A stretch of DNA of 64,000 nucleotides. Origin: Acidimicrobiia bacterium (lineage in GTDB: Bacteria > Actinomycetota > Acidimicrobiia > IMCC26256 > PALSA-555). The position numbers and the translations under genes are program-made. Of this stretch, positions 18,803 through 28,661 are shown piece by piece (position 1 is the first letter of the stretch; each line of letters begins with the position of its first letter). The notes beneath the pieces were generated by a model. The model had not been told where the DNA came from and searched no databases. It saw only the letters and a list, made by a program, of their open reading frames with translations. The DNA lies in NCBI GenBank assembly GCA_038321755.1, contig JBBQFJ010000001.1:22584-86583 (forward strand), given 5' to 3'.

Positions 18803-19603
18803 GTGGTGGATGCTTACCGCGCGCTGCTCGATGATCTCGTCGCCGAGCAAGCGAGCCTCGACGACCTCGTCGCCTCGCTCGACGAGACGGGTTGGGACGA
18901 GACGACGCCCGCAGAGGGGTGGACGGTGCGCGACCAGATCGCGCACCTCGCCGCGACTGAAGAGTGGGCCGCGCTCTCGCTCTCCGATCCCGACGGGTTC
19001 CGCACCGAACGAGACCGGCTGCTCGAGGATGCCGTCGCGCGCGCGGAGGAGTCGAAGCGCGGACTGCTCACCCGCCGGCCACCGCAGGGCGCGTCGGCAC
19101 TCGCGTGGTGGCGAGACGGTCGGGGGACGACGGTCGACCAGCTCGGTGCACACGGCGCGAAGGACCGTCTGCCGTGGTTCGGGCCGGACATGTCGGCGAT
19201 GTCGTTCGCGACCGCACGCCTGATGGAGACCTGGGCCCACGGCGTCGACGTCGCGGATGCTCTCGGGATCGAACGGGTCCCGACGAACCGATTGCGGCAC
19301 GTCGCCGACCTCGGCGTCCGGACCCGGGGCTTTGTCTACGTGTCGCGCGGACTCACCGCACCCGACGTCCCGATCCGGATCGACCTCGCGACCCCGGACG
19401 AAGACGACGTGTGGTCCTGGGGTCCCGCGGAGGCTGCGGACTCGGTGCTGGGCTCGGCGCTCGACTTCTGCCTCGTCGTGACCCAGCGTCGGAACCCGGC
19501 CGACACCGACCTGCACGTCAGCGGCGCCGCGGCCACCGAGTGGATCGGCATCGCGCAGGCCTTCGCCGGCGCACCGACCGACCATCGCCCACCGACCCGC
19601 TGA
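18803..19603 (+). CDS. TIGR03084-type metal-binding protein (DinB / mycothiol maleylpyruvate isomerase N-terminal-like domain)
   Basis: GTG at 18803, preceded by AGGAG. Segments LLDDLVAEQASLDDLV...WDETTPAEGWTVRDQIAHLA match this family's N-terminus. Confidence 0.6.
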   Translation: MVDAYRALLDDLVAEQASLDDLVASLDETGWDETTPAEGWTVRDQIAHLAATEEWAALSLSDPDGFRTERDRLLEDAVARAEESKRGLLTRRPPQGASALAWWRDGRGTTVDQLGAHGAKDRLPWFGPDMSAMSFATARLMETWAHGVDVADALGIERVPTNRLRHVADLGVRTRGFVYVSRGLTAPDVPIRIDLATPDEDDVWSWGPAEAADSVLGSALDFCLVVTQRRNPADTDLHVSGAAATEWIGIAQAFAGAPTDHRPPTR

Positions 19604-19623
19604 GGCCTGCGATCGCTGTTTCC

Positions 19624-19675
19624 AGACCTGCGTCTCTGAGCGTCGAATGGGAAGGTGAGAGACGCATCCAGGTCT
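19624..19675. terminator. imperfect long hairpin between convergent genes
   Basis: AGACCTGCGTCTCT ... AGAGACG-CATC-CAGGTCT gives two 7-bp stem segments with a bulge and a 20-nt loop. There is no U-tract. The right arm overlaps the stop of the enoyl-CoA hydratase gene. Confidence 0.3.
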
Positions 19676-20474
19676 AGGGGGCGGGGAAGGTCGGGGGGCG
19701 CTTGGCGATGAACGCCGCGACGCCCTCGCGGCCGGCCGGGGACTCGCCGGCCCGGACCATGGCTGCGGCCTCGCCGGCGAGCTGCGTGTGCAGGTCGTTG
19801 CCCAGCGACCCGCGCAGGAGCTGCTTCGCGACACCGAACGCTCCGGTCGGCCCGGCCGCGAGTCGCGTCGCGAGCTTCTCGGACTCGGCGACGAGCTCGT
19901 CGTCGGGGACGACGCGCGTCACGAGGCCCCACTCGCACGCTTCGTCGGCCGACAGCGCACGGTTCGTGAGCGTCAGCTCGAGCGCGCGGTGCAGCCCGAC
20001 GACGCGAGGGAGGTACCAGGTCGAGCCACCGTCGGGCACGAGCCCGATCGCGGTGTAGGCCATCATGAGCTTCGCCGACGCGGCAGCGATCACGAGGTCG
20101 GCACCGGCGACGAGCGCGAGTCCAGCCCCCGCCGCGCTACCTTGCACGGCGGCCACGACCGGAACCGGCAGCGCACCGAGTCCTTCGATCGCGGGATGCA
20201 ACGCAGCGAGGATCTCGCCCAGTGCGCTCCCGAGCGCGTCGCCCGACTCGGCGAACGACTGGACGTCGCCGCCGCCGCAGAACCGTGGACCAGCGCCGGT
20301 GAGCAGGACCGCGCGCACCTGCGGCGCGCCGGCGATCTCGGACACCGCCGTGCCGAGCGCGCGCGCGAGTGCGAGATCGATCGCATTCGCAGCGTCGGGA
20401 CGATTGAGCGTGAGGTGCGCGACCCCGTCGCGGATGTCGAGGAGTACGGCGTCGGCGGAGGATCGTTCGGACAC
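19674..20474 (-). CDS. enoyl-CoA hydratase/isomerase family protein
   Basis: 266 aa crotonase fold: LTLNRPDAANAI, FCGGGDV, oxyanion-hole region GSAAGAGLAL. Confidence 0.85.
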   Translation of the reverse strand: MSERSSADAVLLDIRDGVAHLTLNRPDAANAIDLALARALGTAVSEIAGAPQVRAVLLTGAGPRFCGGGDVQSFAESGDALGSALGEILAALHPAIEGLGALPVPVVAAVQGSAAGAGLALVAGADLVIAAASAKLMMAYTAIGLVPDGGSTWYLPRVVGLHRALELTLTNRALSADEACEWGLVTRVVPDDELVAESEKLATRLAAGPTGAFGVAKQLLRGSLGNDLHTQLAGEAAAMVRAGESPAGREGVAAFIAKRPPTFPAP

Positions 20475-20491
20475 GGAGTCTCCAGTCAGCG

Positions 20492-20533
20492 GGCCGGGTC
20501 AGTGTGGCCGGGTCAGTGTGGCCGGGTCAGTGT
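20492..20533. repeat. 14-bp tandem repeat x3 (GGCCGGGTCAGTGT)
   Basis: Three perfect units between the acyl-CoA dehydrogenase stop and the enoyl-CoA hydratase start. The ACAD stop codon (TCA on the plus strand, 20527-20529) lies in unit 3. Confidence 0.9.
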
Positions 20534-21753
20534 GGGAGATCACGGTACGGGAGGTCGACGTCGACCCGGGGCTCCGGCGGCAGCCCGAGCACGTGCTCGC
20601 CGACGATGTTGCGCTGGATCTCGTCCGTCCCGCCCCGGATCGAGATCGACGGCGCGGTGAGGAACAACGTCTGCCACTCGCCGGCACCGTCATCGTCATC
20701 GCGGCCCTCACTGGCGTCGACGGCGATCGCGACCCCGGCCGGTCCCAGCACCCCGAGCGCGAGGTTCGCGGTCGCGGTGATCGTCGCGGCGCCCCGCAGC
20801 TTCATCCCCGACCCTTCGGGACCGGGCGGGCGCCCAGCGCGGGCACCGTCGCGGGCCCGGCGGGTCGTGAGCCGCATCACCTCACTCTCGACGTAGGCCG
20901 CGCGCACCGCATCGGCACGGACGGGATGGATGTCGCGCGCCGCCGTGAGCTCGAGCAGCCGCTGCATCGGGGTGCCCATGCCGGTGTTGGTCGAAGTGGC
21001 AGCACCCCGCTCGTTGGCGAGCGCGGTCCGAGCGAGCGGCCAGCCCTCGCCGACGGCTCCGATCCGATCCGCGTCCGGGATGCGCGCGTCGTCGAGGAAC
21101 ACCTCGCTGAAGTGGGCATCGCCGTTCATCTGACGCAGGGGGCGGACCTCGACCCCGGGCGCGCCCATGTCGAGCGCGAACGCCGTGATCCCTGCATGCT
21201 TGGGGACGTCGGGATCGGTGCGGGCGAGGAGGAGGCCCCAGCGCGCGTAGTGCGCGCGGCTCGTCCACACCTTCTGGCCGGTCACCCGCCACTCGTCGCC
21301 ATCACGCGTGGCCCGGGTCGAGACGTTGGCGAGATCCGAGCCCGCCCCGGGCTCCGAGAAGAGCTGGCACCAGATCTCGGACCCGGTCCGGATCGGCGGC
21401 AGCCAGCGCGCCGCCTGCTCCGGTGTCGCGATCGACAGGACCGTCGGGCCGACCACGTGCAGTCCGACGAGGTACGGGTACAGGTCCGGCTGCTCGAAGC
21501 GCCCCAGCGCGCGGGCGATCTGGCTGACCTCGGACGCGGACGCCCCCCGACCGCCGTGTTCGCGGGGCCAGGTCGGGACGGCCCAACCCCCGCCGGCGAG
21601 CACCTCGAGGTACGCGCGTCCGGGCGCCAGGTCGTCCTGACCAGCACCGAGCACCGTGACCGACGCGGCGAGATTCCTCGGCGCCAGGCGGCCCGAGATC
21701 GACGCGTCGATCTCGGCGCGCATCGCTTCGGCGCTCAGGGATTCGCGGCCCAC
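20527..21753 (-). CDS. acyl-CoA dehydrogenase
   Basis: 408 aa. ACAD N, middle and C-terminal pattern (WCQLFSEPGAGSD, GQKVWTS, GGTDEIQRNIVGE). Confidence 0.85.
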   Translation of the reverse strand: MGRESLSAEAMRAEIDASISGRLAPRNLAASVTVLGAGQDDLAPGRAYLEVLAGGGWAVPTWPREHGGRGASASEVSQIARALGRFEQPDLYPYLVGLHVVGPTVLSIATPEQAARWLPPIRTGSEIWCQLFSEPGAGSDLANVSTRATRDGDEWRVTGQKVWTSRAHYARWGLLLARTDPDVPKHAGITAFALDMGAPGVEVRPLRQMNGDAHFSEVFLDDARIPDADRIGAVGEGWPLARTALANERGAATSTNTGMGTPMQRLLELTAARDIHPVRADAVRAAYVESEVMRLTTRRARDGARAGRPPGPEGSGMKLRGAATITATANLALGVLGPAGVAIAVDASEGRDDDDGAGEWQTLFLTAPSISIRGGTDEIQRNIVGEHVLGLPPEPRVDVDLPYRDLPH

Positions 21754-21769
21754 GCGCTCGATCGTACGG

Positions 21770-24454
21770 CTACTCGCTGGAGATCGCGTCGAGCACGTTG
21801 AGGCGGGCGGCGCGGCGCGCCGGTGGCACGCCGGACAGCAGTCCGGCGAGTCCGGCGAGCACGACGAGGATCACGAGCTGCCCGACCGGCACCGAGAGCG
21901 TGATGCCTTCGCTCTCGAGCGCCTTGATGATCGCGATTCCGAACACGAGCCCGATCACGAGACCGAGCAACGAACCGAAGATCGCGACGATCACCGCCTC
22001 GCTGCGGACCATGCGCCGCATCTGACGACGGGTCATGCCCACCGCGCGCAACAAGCCGAGCTCTCGCGTTCGCTCGTAGATCGAGAGCGCGAGCGTGTTC
22101 ACGATCCCGATGAGGGCGATCAGCACGGCGAAGAGCAACAACACGTACATGAGACCGAGGATCTGGTCGAACTGCGCGATCTGGCGATCCTTGAACTCGG
22201 CCTTGTTCTCGGCCTCGATGCCACCGACGTTCTTCGCGACTTCCTTCACGATCGCGTTCGCGTCCTTCGTCGTCGCCCCCGAGGGCTTGCGGACGAAGAC
22301 GAAGAGATCCGTGGCATCGGTGAACCGCTGCTGCCACTGGTCGGTCGCCGGGTCGAAGCCCAGGAGGTAGTCACTGTTCGAGCCCGTGGCCTTGGCGTCG
22401 GTGAAGACCCCCGCGACGGGAACCGCCTCGACCGCGGTGACGGCGGGGAATCGCATGGCCACGAAGGCAGCCTTGTGGCAGAGCACCCGGGCCCCGGAGA
22501 GCCCCTCGTCGGCGAAGCACGTCCGTTCGTCGGCAACGCTCTCGGAGAGGACCGCACCGCCCGAGCGCAGCGCGGCCTGATCGAGGGTGCCCCGGAGCGG
22601 CACCTCGCTCGTCTGCCGGAAGTTGGGGGTGACCCCGAGGACCTCGGTCGCCGCACCATCGACCTCCGCCGTACCGGAACGCCACTGGACGACAGTGCCC
22701 GGCGACCCGAACTGTTCGGTGAACTTCGCGCGCACCTGCGCCGCGGCGTCGGGAGAGAACGGGGCGAAGTTCTTCGGCGAGAGGATGAAGTCAGCGCGCG
22801 TCTGGTCGTCGATCGCCGTCGAGATCGTGGTCTTGAACGAGGCTCCGAAGATGGAGATCAGCGTCACGAGCGCGAGCCCGATCATCAGTGCTGCGGCAGT
22901 CGACGCGGTGCGACGCGGGTTGCGCATCGCGTTCTGCTCCGCGAGCACACCGGTGATGCTCTTGCGCCGCTCCGCCGGGTAGCTGATCACGCGCGCGGCC
23001 GGACGGGCGAGCAACGGGCTGAGCATGGAGACACCGACGAACACGACCGCGGCAGAGATGCCGACTGCGAGCGCCGCGGAGTTCCCTGAGGCACCGAAGA
23101 GCCCGTACGCGAGCACGAGCACACCGATGAGCGTGAGGACGGTGCCCCACACGTAGCGACGGTGCCCCGAGGTCCCCGTGAGGGTCTGATCGCGCAGCGC
23201 CGCGATCGGCGGAACGCGCGCCGCGCGGCGGGCGGGTGCAATGGCGGACACGAACGTGACGAGTGTGCCCACGATGAGGGACACGACGATCGTTCGCAGC
23301 TGGATGTCGAGCGGTCCATTCGGCAGGTCGATCCCGAACGCGCTCAGGAGACCTTCGAGCGGTTTCACCAGCAGGATGCCGAATCCGAGACCCACGACGG
23401 ACGAGAAGATCCCGACGACCAGCGCCTCGAAGGCCACCGATCCGACCACCTGCCCGCCACTCGCGCCGAGCGCGCGCATGAGTCCGATCTCTCGTGTGCG
23501 CTGGGCCACCGTGATCGAGAACGTGTTGTAGATGATGAAGGCACCGACGAACAGCGAGATCAGGGCGAAGATCAGCAGGAAGGTGTTGAAGAACGACAGG
23601 TTCTCTTTGATCGCGTCGGACTGCTCCTTGGCGAGCTGGTCGCCGGTGATGGCCTGGAGCTGCGGGACTGCCGTGCCATCGGCGGACAGTTCGGCACGGA
23701 ACGCGGGGAGCCGCTGACGGATCGCGTCGCGCAGCTCCACTTGCGACACGCCGTCGTCAGCACGCACCTCGATCGAGTCCCACTGGTCGACGCGGTTCAT
23801 CACCGCTTGCGCCGTCTTCGGGGTGAACGCCGCAAGGGTCGCGCCGGCGAGGCCGTCCTCCTTGCCACCGAACTCGAACACTCCGGTGAGGGTGAACGCA
23901 CGCGGATCGACCGTCAGGAAGGTGATGGTGACCTTGTCGCCGATCTTGAAGTTGCCGTCCTGTGCGGTCTTGACGTCGAGGGCGACCTCGTCGGGGTTGC
24001 TCGGCTGCTGCCCGAGCTCACCCCGGTACTTGACCAGCTCGAGGGACTGGTTGACCGAGGCCTGCTTCGGATACCACGTCGTCCCGAACGTCGGCGCCTG
24101 GTTCTGGATGGCCTCGCCGTCCTTGCCCTGGACGAGCGCGTACTGGAAGACGTTGCCCTGCGCCTTCGCGACACCGGGCACCTGCCGGACGAGCTGATCG
24201 AGCGCCTGCGACACCGGCGGCCGCGTCTGTCCGCCGTTGCCGTTCTGGCCCTGGGCCTTGAACGGCTCCTTGGCGCGCACGACGGTGTCGACGCCTTTCG
24301 TCGCATCGACGAACAGGCTGTCGAACACGCCGCCGAGCGTGTCGGTGAGCACGAAGGTGCCCGCCATGAACGCGACGCCGAGGATGACCGCAATCGACGT
24401 GAGGGCGAGGCGGAACTTGCGCGCGAAGAGATTCTTCAGGGTGAGGTGACCCAC
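21770..24454 (-). CDS. ABC transporter permease with two FtsX domains (MacB-like)
   Basis: 894 aa with two FtsX-type 4-TM modules, each preceded by a large extracytoplasmic domain. Directly downstream of its ATPase. Confidence 0.85.
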   Translation of the reverse strand: MGHLTLKNLFARKFRLALTSIAVILGVAFMAGTFVLTDTLGGVFDSLFVDATKGVDTVVRAKEPFKAQGQNGNGGQTRPPVSQALDQLVRQVPGVAKAQGNVFQYALVQGKDGEAIQNQAPTFGTTWYPKQASVNQSLELVKYRGELGQQPSNPDEVALDVKTAQDGNFKIGDKVTITFLTVDPRAFTLTGVFEFGGKEDGLAGATLAAFTPKTAQAVMNRVDQWDSIEVRADDGVSQVELRDAIRQRLPAFRAELSADGTAVPQLQAITGDQLAKEQSDAIKENLSFFNTFLLIFALISLFVGAFIIYNTFSITVAQRTREIGLMRALGASGGQVVGSVAFEALVVGIFSSVVGLGFGILLVKPLEGLLSAFGIDLPNGPLDIQLRTIVVSLIVGTLVTFVSAIAPARRAARVPPIAALRDQTLTGTSGHRRYVWGTVLTLIGVLVLAYGLFGASGNSAALAVGISAAVVFVGVSMLSPLLARPAARVISYPAERRKSITGVLAEQNAMRNPRRTASTAAALMIGLALVTLISIFGASFKTTISTAIDDQTRADFILSPKNFAPFSPDAAAQVRAKFTEQFGSPGTVVQWRSGTAEVDGAATEVLGVTPNFRQTSEVPLRGTLDQAALRSGGAVLSESVADERTCFADEGLSGARVLCHKAAFVAMRFPAVTAVEAVPVAGVFTDAKATGSNSDYLLGFDPATDQWQQRFTDATDLFVFVRKPSGATTKDANAIVKEVAKNVGGIEAENKAEFKDRQIAQFDQILGLMYVLLLFAVLIALIGIVNTLALSIYERTRELGLLRAVGMTRRQMRRMVRSEAVIVAIFGSLLGLVIGLVFGIAIIKALESEGITLSVPVGQLVILVVLAGLAGLLSGVPPARRAARLNVLDAISSE

Positions 24455-24457
24455 CGA

Positions 24458-25219
24458 TCAGGCCCCCAGCTGCTTCATCTTGTCGATCACCGTGTCAGTC
24501 GTCGGACCCGTGATCTCGGCGACGATCTTCCCGTCGGCGAGGAACACGACGCGATCGGCGTAGCTCGCGGCACCCGGATCGTGGGTGACCATCACGATGG
24601 TCTGGCCGAGGTCGGTGACGGCATGGCGCATGAACCCGAGGATCTCCGCGCCGGCCTTCGAGTCGAGGTTTCCCGTGGGCTCGTCGGCGAAGACGATGTC
24701 GGGGCTGCTCACCAGCGCGCGCGCCACGGCGACGCGCTGCTGTTGACCACCGGACAGCTCGGTCGGCTTGTGCGTGAGGCGGTTCCGCAGGTTCACGGTA
24801 TCGACGATGCGGTCGAACGCGGCCTGATCGGGCTTCTTCCCCGCGAGCGACAGCGGCAGCGTGATGTTCTCCGCCGCGGTGAGCGTGGGAATGAGGTTGT
24901 ACGACTGGAAGATGAATCCGATGTTCTCGCGCCGGATCAACGTGAGCTGCTTCTCCGACGACGCGCTGACATCGATGTCTCCGAGGAACACCTTCCCGGA
25001 CGTGAGCCGGTCGAGGCCCGCGAGGCAGTGCAGCAAGGTCGACTTCCCCGACCCGGACGGCCCCATGATCGCAGTGAACTTGTGCCGTGCGAACTCGACG
25101 CTGACGTCGTCGAGCGCGCGCACCTCGGCTTCGCCGGAGCCGTACACCTTCATCGCGTTGACGACGCGGGCCGCGACGCCGGTCTCGGTCGGGGCGGCGT
25201 TGGGGGCAGTGGTGGTCAC
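24458..25219 (-). CDS. ABC transporter ATP-binding protein (MacB/LolD-like)
   Basis: GTG at 25219, preceded by AGGAG. Walker A GPSGSGKST, signature LSGGQQQR, Walker B IVFADEPTGNLD. Confidence 0.85.
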   Translation of the reverse strand: MTTTAPNAAPTETGVAARVVNAMKVYGSGEAEVRALDDVSVEFARHKFTAIMGPSGSGKSTLLHCLAGLDRLTSGKVFLGDIDVSASSEKQLTLIRRENIGFIFQSYNLIPTLTAAENITLPLSLAGKKPDQAAFDRIVDTVNLRNRLTHKPTELSGGQQQRVAVARALVSSPDIVFADEPTGNLDSKAGAEILGFMRHAVTDLGQTIVMVTHDPGAASYADRVVFLADGKIVAEITGPTTDTVIDKMKQLGA

Positions 25220-25274
25220 GAGAGCAGCTCCTGCGGGGGACAGCGGATCGGAGAACGTTCCTCGAACCGCCACG

Positions 25275-26144
25275 CTACGCGACCGGCGGCCCCGTGGGCT
25301 CCGTGGGCACCGACGGTTCGTCGTTCCGGCTCGGATACCGCCCGGGGTCGACCTCACGGTGGCGCCCCGCCCACACGAACCATGCGACGCCGACGAACAT
25401 CACGAGCAGGCTCACCCAAGCGTTGACGCGGAGCGGTCCGACCAGCGGTGCATCGTCGATGCGCAGGTTCTCGAGCCAGAAGCGCCCGAAGCAGTACAAC
25501 GCGAGGTACAACGCGCCGAGCTGCCCGGTGTGGAGACGCCAGCGCCGCTCGACCCACAGCAGCGCGGCGAGCACCAGCAGGCAGTAGATCGACTCGTACA
25601 GGAACGTGGGATGGAACGTCGCGTACTGTCCGAAGCCGGCAGGACGGTGCACAGGATCGATCTCGAGGCCCCACGGGAGCTTGGTGGGCTCACCGAACAG
25701 CTCCTGGTTGAAGTAGTTGCCGAAGCGACCGATCGCCTGCGCCAGGATCAGGCCGGGCACGATCGCGTCGACGAGCAGGAACGTGTCGAGGTGCTTCACG
25801 CGGCACACGATCAGCACCGCGATGAGTCCGCCGGCGACGACACCCCAGATGGACAGCCCGCCCTTCCAGATCTCGAAGACCTTGATCCAGTCGCCCTGGA
25901 ACTTCTCCGAGTCGGTGAGCACGTGGTACAGCCGCGCGCCGACGACGCCCCCGATCACGATCCAGACGACGATGTCCTGCCAGACCCGCTTGTCCTGACC
26001 CCACCGCGTCCACCGCCGTTCCGTCATCCAGGCGGCGATCACCACCCCGACGGCGAGTAGGACCCCGTAGATGTGCAGGGGGATCGGACCGACGTCGAGG
26101 GTCCCGTTCGAAGGACTCGGGATCGAGGCGAGCAGGAACGACAT
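25275..26144 (-). CDS. lgt: prolipoprotein diacylglyceryl transferase
   Basis: 289 aa, polytopic. Lgt-typical IPLHIYGVLLAVG, GGVVGARLYHV, GRFGNYFNQELFG and HPTFLYES. Confidence 0.9.
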   Translation of the reverse strand: MSFLLASIPSPSNGTLDVGPIPLHIYGVLLAVGVVIAAWMTERRWTRWGQDKRVWQDIVVWIVIGGVVGARLYHVLTDSEKFQGDWIKVFEIWKGGLSIWGVVAGGLIAVLIVCRVKHLDTFLLVDAIVPGLILAQAIGRFGNYFNQELFGEPTKLPWGLEIDPVHRPAGFGQYATFHPTFLYESIYCLLVLAALLWVERRWRLHTGQLGALYLALYCFGRFWLENLRIDDAPLVGPLRVNAWVSLLVMFVGVAWFVWAGRHREVDPGRYPSRNDEPSVPTEPTGPPVA

Positions 26145-26202
26145 CGGACGAATCGTACGGCGTTGCTACAGGATGATGGTCCCCGGCGCCGATACTCGTG
26201 TC

Positions 26203-27192
26203 ATGCGCTCCCCCACCGCTTCTCGCCGGACGACTCGGGCGAGGACTCGCCTCGCCGTCGCCGTCGCCGCCCTGGGTGTGCTCGGCGCAGCCGCGTGCGC
26301 GCCGGTGGCCTCGGCGCCGGCACCCTCGCTGCCGGTGCGGACCGGGATCCAGAACGGGTCGATCGCCGGCTGCCCGGTCTTCCCGGCGGACAACCCGTGG
26401 AACGCCGACGTGTCGACGCTGGCGAAGCGCTCGAACTCGGACGCGATGATCAGCCAGATCCAGGTCGACGGCTCCGACTTCCTCCACGCCGACTTCGGTG
26501 GAGGCGGCGCCTACGGGATCCCGTACGTGACGGTGCCCGCGGACGAGCCGCTCGTTCCGACGCACTTCTTCGATTGGCCGGGCGAGAGCGACCCGGGCCC
26601 GTACCCGATCCCGCTCGGTGCCCCCGTCGAGGGTGGGAGCGACCGACACGTGCTCGCGGTGCAGCAGGGCACGTGCAAGCTGTTCGAGCTGTACAACGCA
26701 TCGCCGGGCGCCGGGCGGTGGGAGGCGAGCAACGGAGCGACGTTCGACCTGCGATCGAACGCGACGCGACCCGCGGGCTGGACCTCCGCCGACGCGGCCG
26801 GCCTGCCGATCTTCCCGGGGCTGGTCCGCTACGACGAGGTCGCCGCCGGTGTGATCCGCCATGCGCTGCGCGTCACGTTCTCGAGCACCCAACAGGGATA
26901 CGTCGCGCCGGCGACCCACCTGGCGTCGAACGACACGAACCCGAACCGTCCGCCGATGGGTCTCCGGCTCCGACTCAAGGCGAGCTTCGACCTCTCGGGC
27001 TTCCACGGCCAGTCACGCGTGATCCTCCAGGCGATGAAGACCTACGGACTGCTCGTCGCGGACAACGGATCCAACTGGTTCGTCACCGGTGCTGCGGACT
27101 CCCGCTGGGACGACAACGACCTGAACCAGCTCAAGACCGTTCCCGGGACCGCGTTCGAGGTGCTCGACACGGGACCGATCACCACGGGATGA
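26203..27192 (+). CDS. predicted lipoprotein of unknown function
   Basis: ATG at 26203. Signal peptide with a lipobox-like LGAAAC. The mature domain is conserved-looking (ADNPWNADVS, GIPYVTVP, HALRVTF) but I cannot name a family. Confidence 0.6.
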   Translation: MRSPTASRRTTRARTRLAVAVAALGVLGAAACAPVASAPAPSLPVRTGIQNGSIAGCPVFPADNPWNADVSTLAKRSNSDAMISQIQVDGSDFLHADFGGGGAYGIPYVTVPADEPLVPTHFFDWPGESDPGPYPIPLGAPVEGGSDRHVLAVQQGTCKLFELYNASPGAGRWEASNGATFDLRSNATRPAGWTSADAAGLPIFPGLVRYDEVAAGVIRHALRVTFSSTQQGYVAPATHLASNDTNPNRPPMGLRLRLKASFDLSGFHGQSRVILQAMKTYGLLVADNGSNWFVTGAADSRWDDNDLNQLKTVPGTAFEVLDTGPITTG

Positions 27193-27196
27193 TCGG

Positions 27197-28117
27197 GTGA
27201 TGCGCATCGGCGTGTCGCTCAAGAGTGCCTACGGCCCCGTCGACCCCCGCGAGGGCGCCCGGCAGATGATCGAGCGCGCCGCCACCGCGCGCGCGGCCGA
27301 CCTCGACTCGCTCTTCGTCGGTGACCACCACGCCACCGGGCCGTTCGCCTACTACCAGAACATCCCGATCATGGGTCGGCTGCTCGCGGAGTGGGGCGAC
27401 CGGACCTCGGGCGTGCTCATGCTCCTGCCGCTCTGGGAGCCCGTGCTCGCGGCCGAGCAGCTCGGGACGCTCGCGGCGATCGCCGAAGGGCCGCTCGTGC
27501 TGCAGTGTGCACTCGGCGGAGGTGACCAGCAGTTCGCGGCCATGGGCGTCTCGATCAGCGAGCGACGCGCGCGGCTCGAGCAGGGACTCGACATCATCCG
27601 ACGGTTGCTCGACGGCGAGACGGTGACGAGCACCGACGGCCCGTACCGCGTGGAGGCCGCGCGGGTCGCGCCGATCCCTGCCACAAGACTCGAGATCTGG
27701 ATCGGCGCCGAGGCCGCGCCCGCGATCGATCGCGCTGCCCGGCTCGGTGACGGGTGGCTCGCGAACGCGAACGTCGTCCCGGACGACGCGGCGACGCAGG
27801 CCACGCGGTACTTCGAGCGCTGCACCGCGGCCGGTCGAGCGCCGGGCGTCGTCGCCATCCGCCGCGACGTGCACGTCGGTGCCGATCACGACGACGCCGA
27901 TCGCGTCGCCGGGCCGATCGTCGCATCGGGGTACCGTGGGTTCCGCCCCGAGGCGTGCACGTACGGGTCCGTCGACGAGGTCGTCGAGCGCTTTCGGTCA
28001 TACGCAGCGATGGGATACACCGACGTGATCGTGCGACACCTCGCCGAGGAGCACGCCGACGTGCTCGGCTCCATGGAGCGGCTCGGTGCGGTGCGCGAAG
28101 CACTGCGCGACGTCTGA
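27197..28117 (+). CDS. LLM-class (luciferase-like) flavin/F420-dependent oxidoreductase
   Basis: 306 aa TIM-barrel LLM pattern (DSLFVGDHH, RLEQGLDIIRRLL, GDGWL). Confidence 0.75.
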   Translation: MMRIGVSLKSAYGPVDPREGARQMIERAATARAADLDSLFVGDHHATGPFAYYQNIPIMGRLLAEWGDRTSGVLMLLPLWEPVLAAEQLGTLAAIAEGPLVLQCALGGGDQQFAAMGVSISERRARLEQGLDIIRRLLDGETVTSTDGPYRVEAARVAPIPATRLEIWIGAEAAPAIDRAARLGDGWLANANVVPDDAATQATRYFERCTAAGRAPGVVAIRRDVHVGADHDDADRVAGPIVASGYRGFRPEACTYGSVDEVVERFRSYAAMGYTDVIVRHLAEEHADVLGSMERLGAVREALRDV

Positions 28118-28130
28118 AGGGAGGAGGACG

Positions 28131-28661
28131 ATGAGCGTCTTCTCGTCCCGCCCGACCCCTGATCCGGCCGGCCCCGGGCAGGAGTCGGTGTGGGACTACC
28201 CCAGGCCACCACGCGTGGAGCCCGTCCCGCAGCGCCTGCGGGTGGTGCTCGCTGGCCAGACGATCGCCGAGACGGTCGGCGGGTTCCGGGTGCTGGAGAC
28301 GAGTCACCCGCCGAACTACTACTTCCCGCCACACGACATCGTCGAAGGTGCCGTGGAGCGCGCCAAGGGCGCATCGTTCTGCGAATGGAAGGGTCGCGCG
28401 CACTACTTCACCGTGCGCGGTGGACGCATCGAGGGTCGCAGCGCCGAGCGCGTCGAGTCCGAGGCTGCGTGGGGGTACGACGAGCCGAGCGCGGCATTCG
28501 AACCGATCCGCGGGTACGTCGCGTTCTACGCGAGCCGGATGGACGAGTGCTTCGTCGACGACGAGCAGGTGCGCGCGCAGCCCGGCGGCTTCTACGGCGG
28601 GTGGATCACCAGCGACGTCGTCGGCCCGTTCAAGGGCGGTCCCGGATCACGTGCCTGGTGA
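28131..28661 (+). CDS. DUF427 domain protein
   Basis: ATG at 28131, preceded by GGAGGAGG. Segments ETSHPPNYYFP, FCEWKGRAHYF and AFY are typical of DUF427. Confidence 0.7.
   Translation: MSVFSSRPTPDPAGPGQESVWDYPRPPRVEPVPQRLRVVLAGQTIAETVGGFRVLETSHPPNYYFPPHDIVEGAVERAKGASFCEWKGRAHYFTVRGGRIEGRSAERVESEAAWGYDEPSAAFEPIRGYVAFYASRMDECFVDDEQVRAQPGGFYGGWITSDVVGPFKGGPGSRAW

Noticed and set aside
21770-27192. The MacB-like ABC transporter plus lgt plus lipoprotein gene, read as a dedicated lipoprotein-sorting (Lol-like) system.
   Set aside because: The double-FtsX permease with its ATPase is a common stand-alone actinobacterial transporter. lgt is a housekeeping gene separated by its own spacer, and the lipoprotein gene is divergently transcribed. 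Adjacency alone does not support a functional system.
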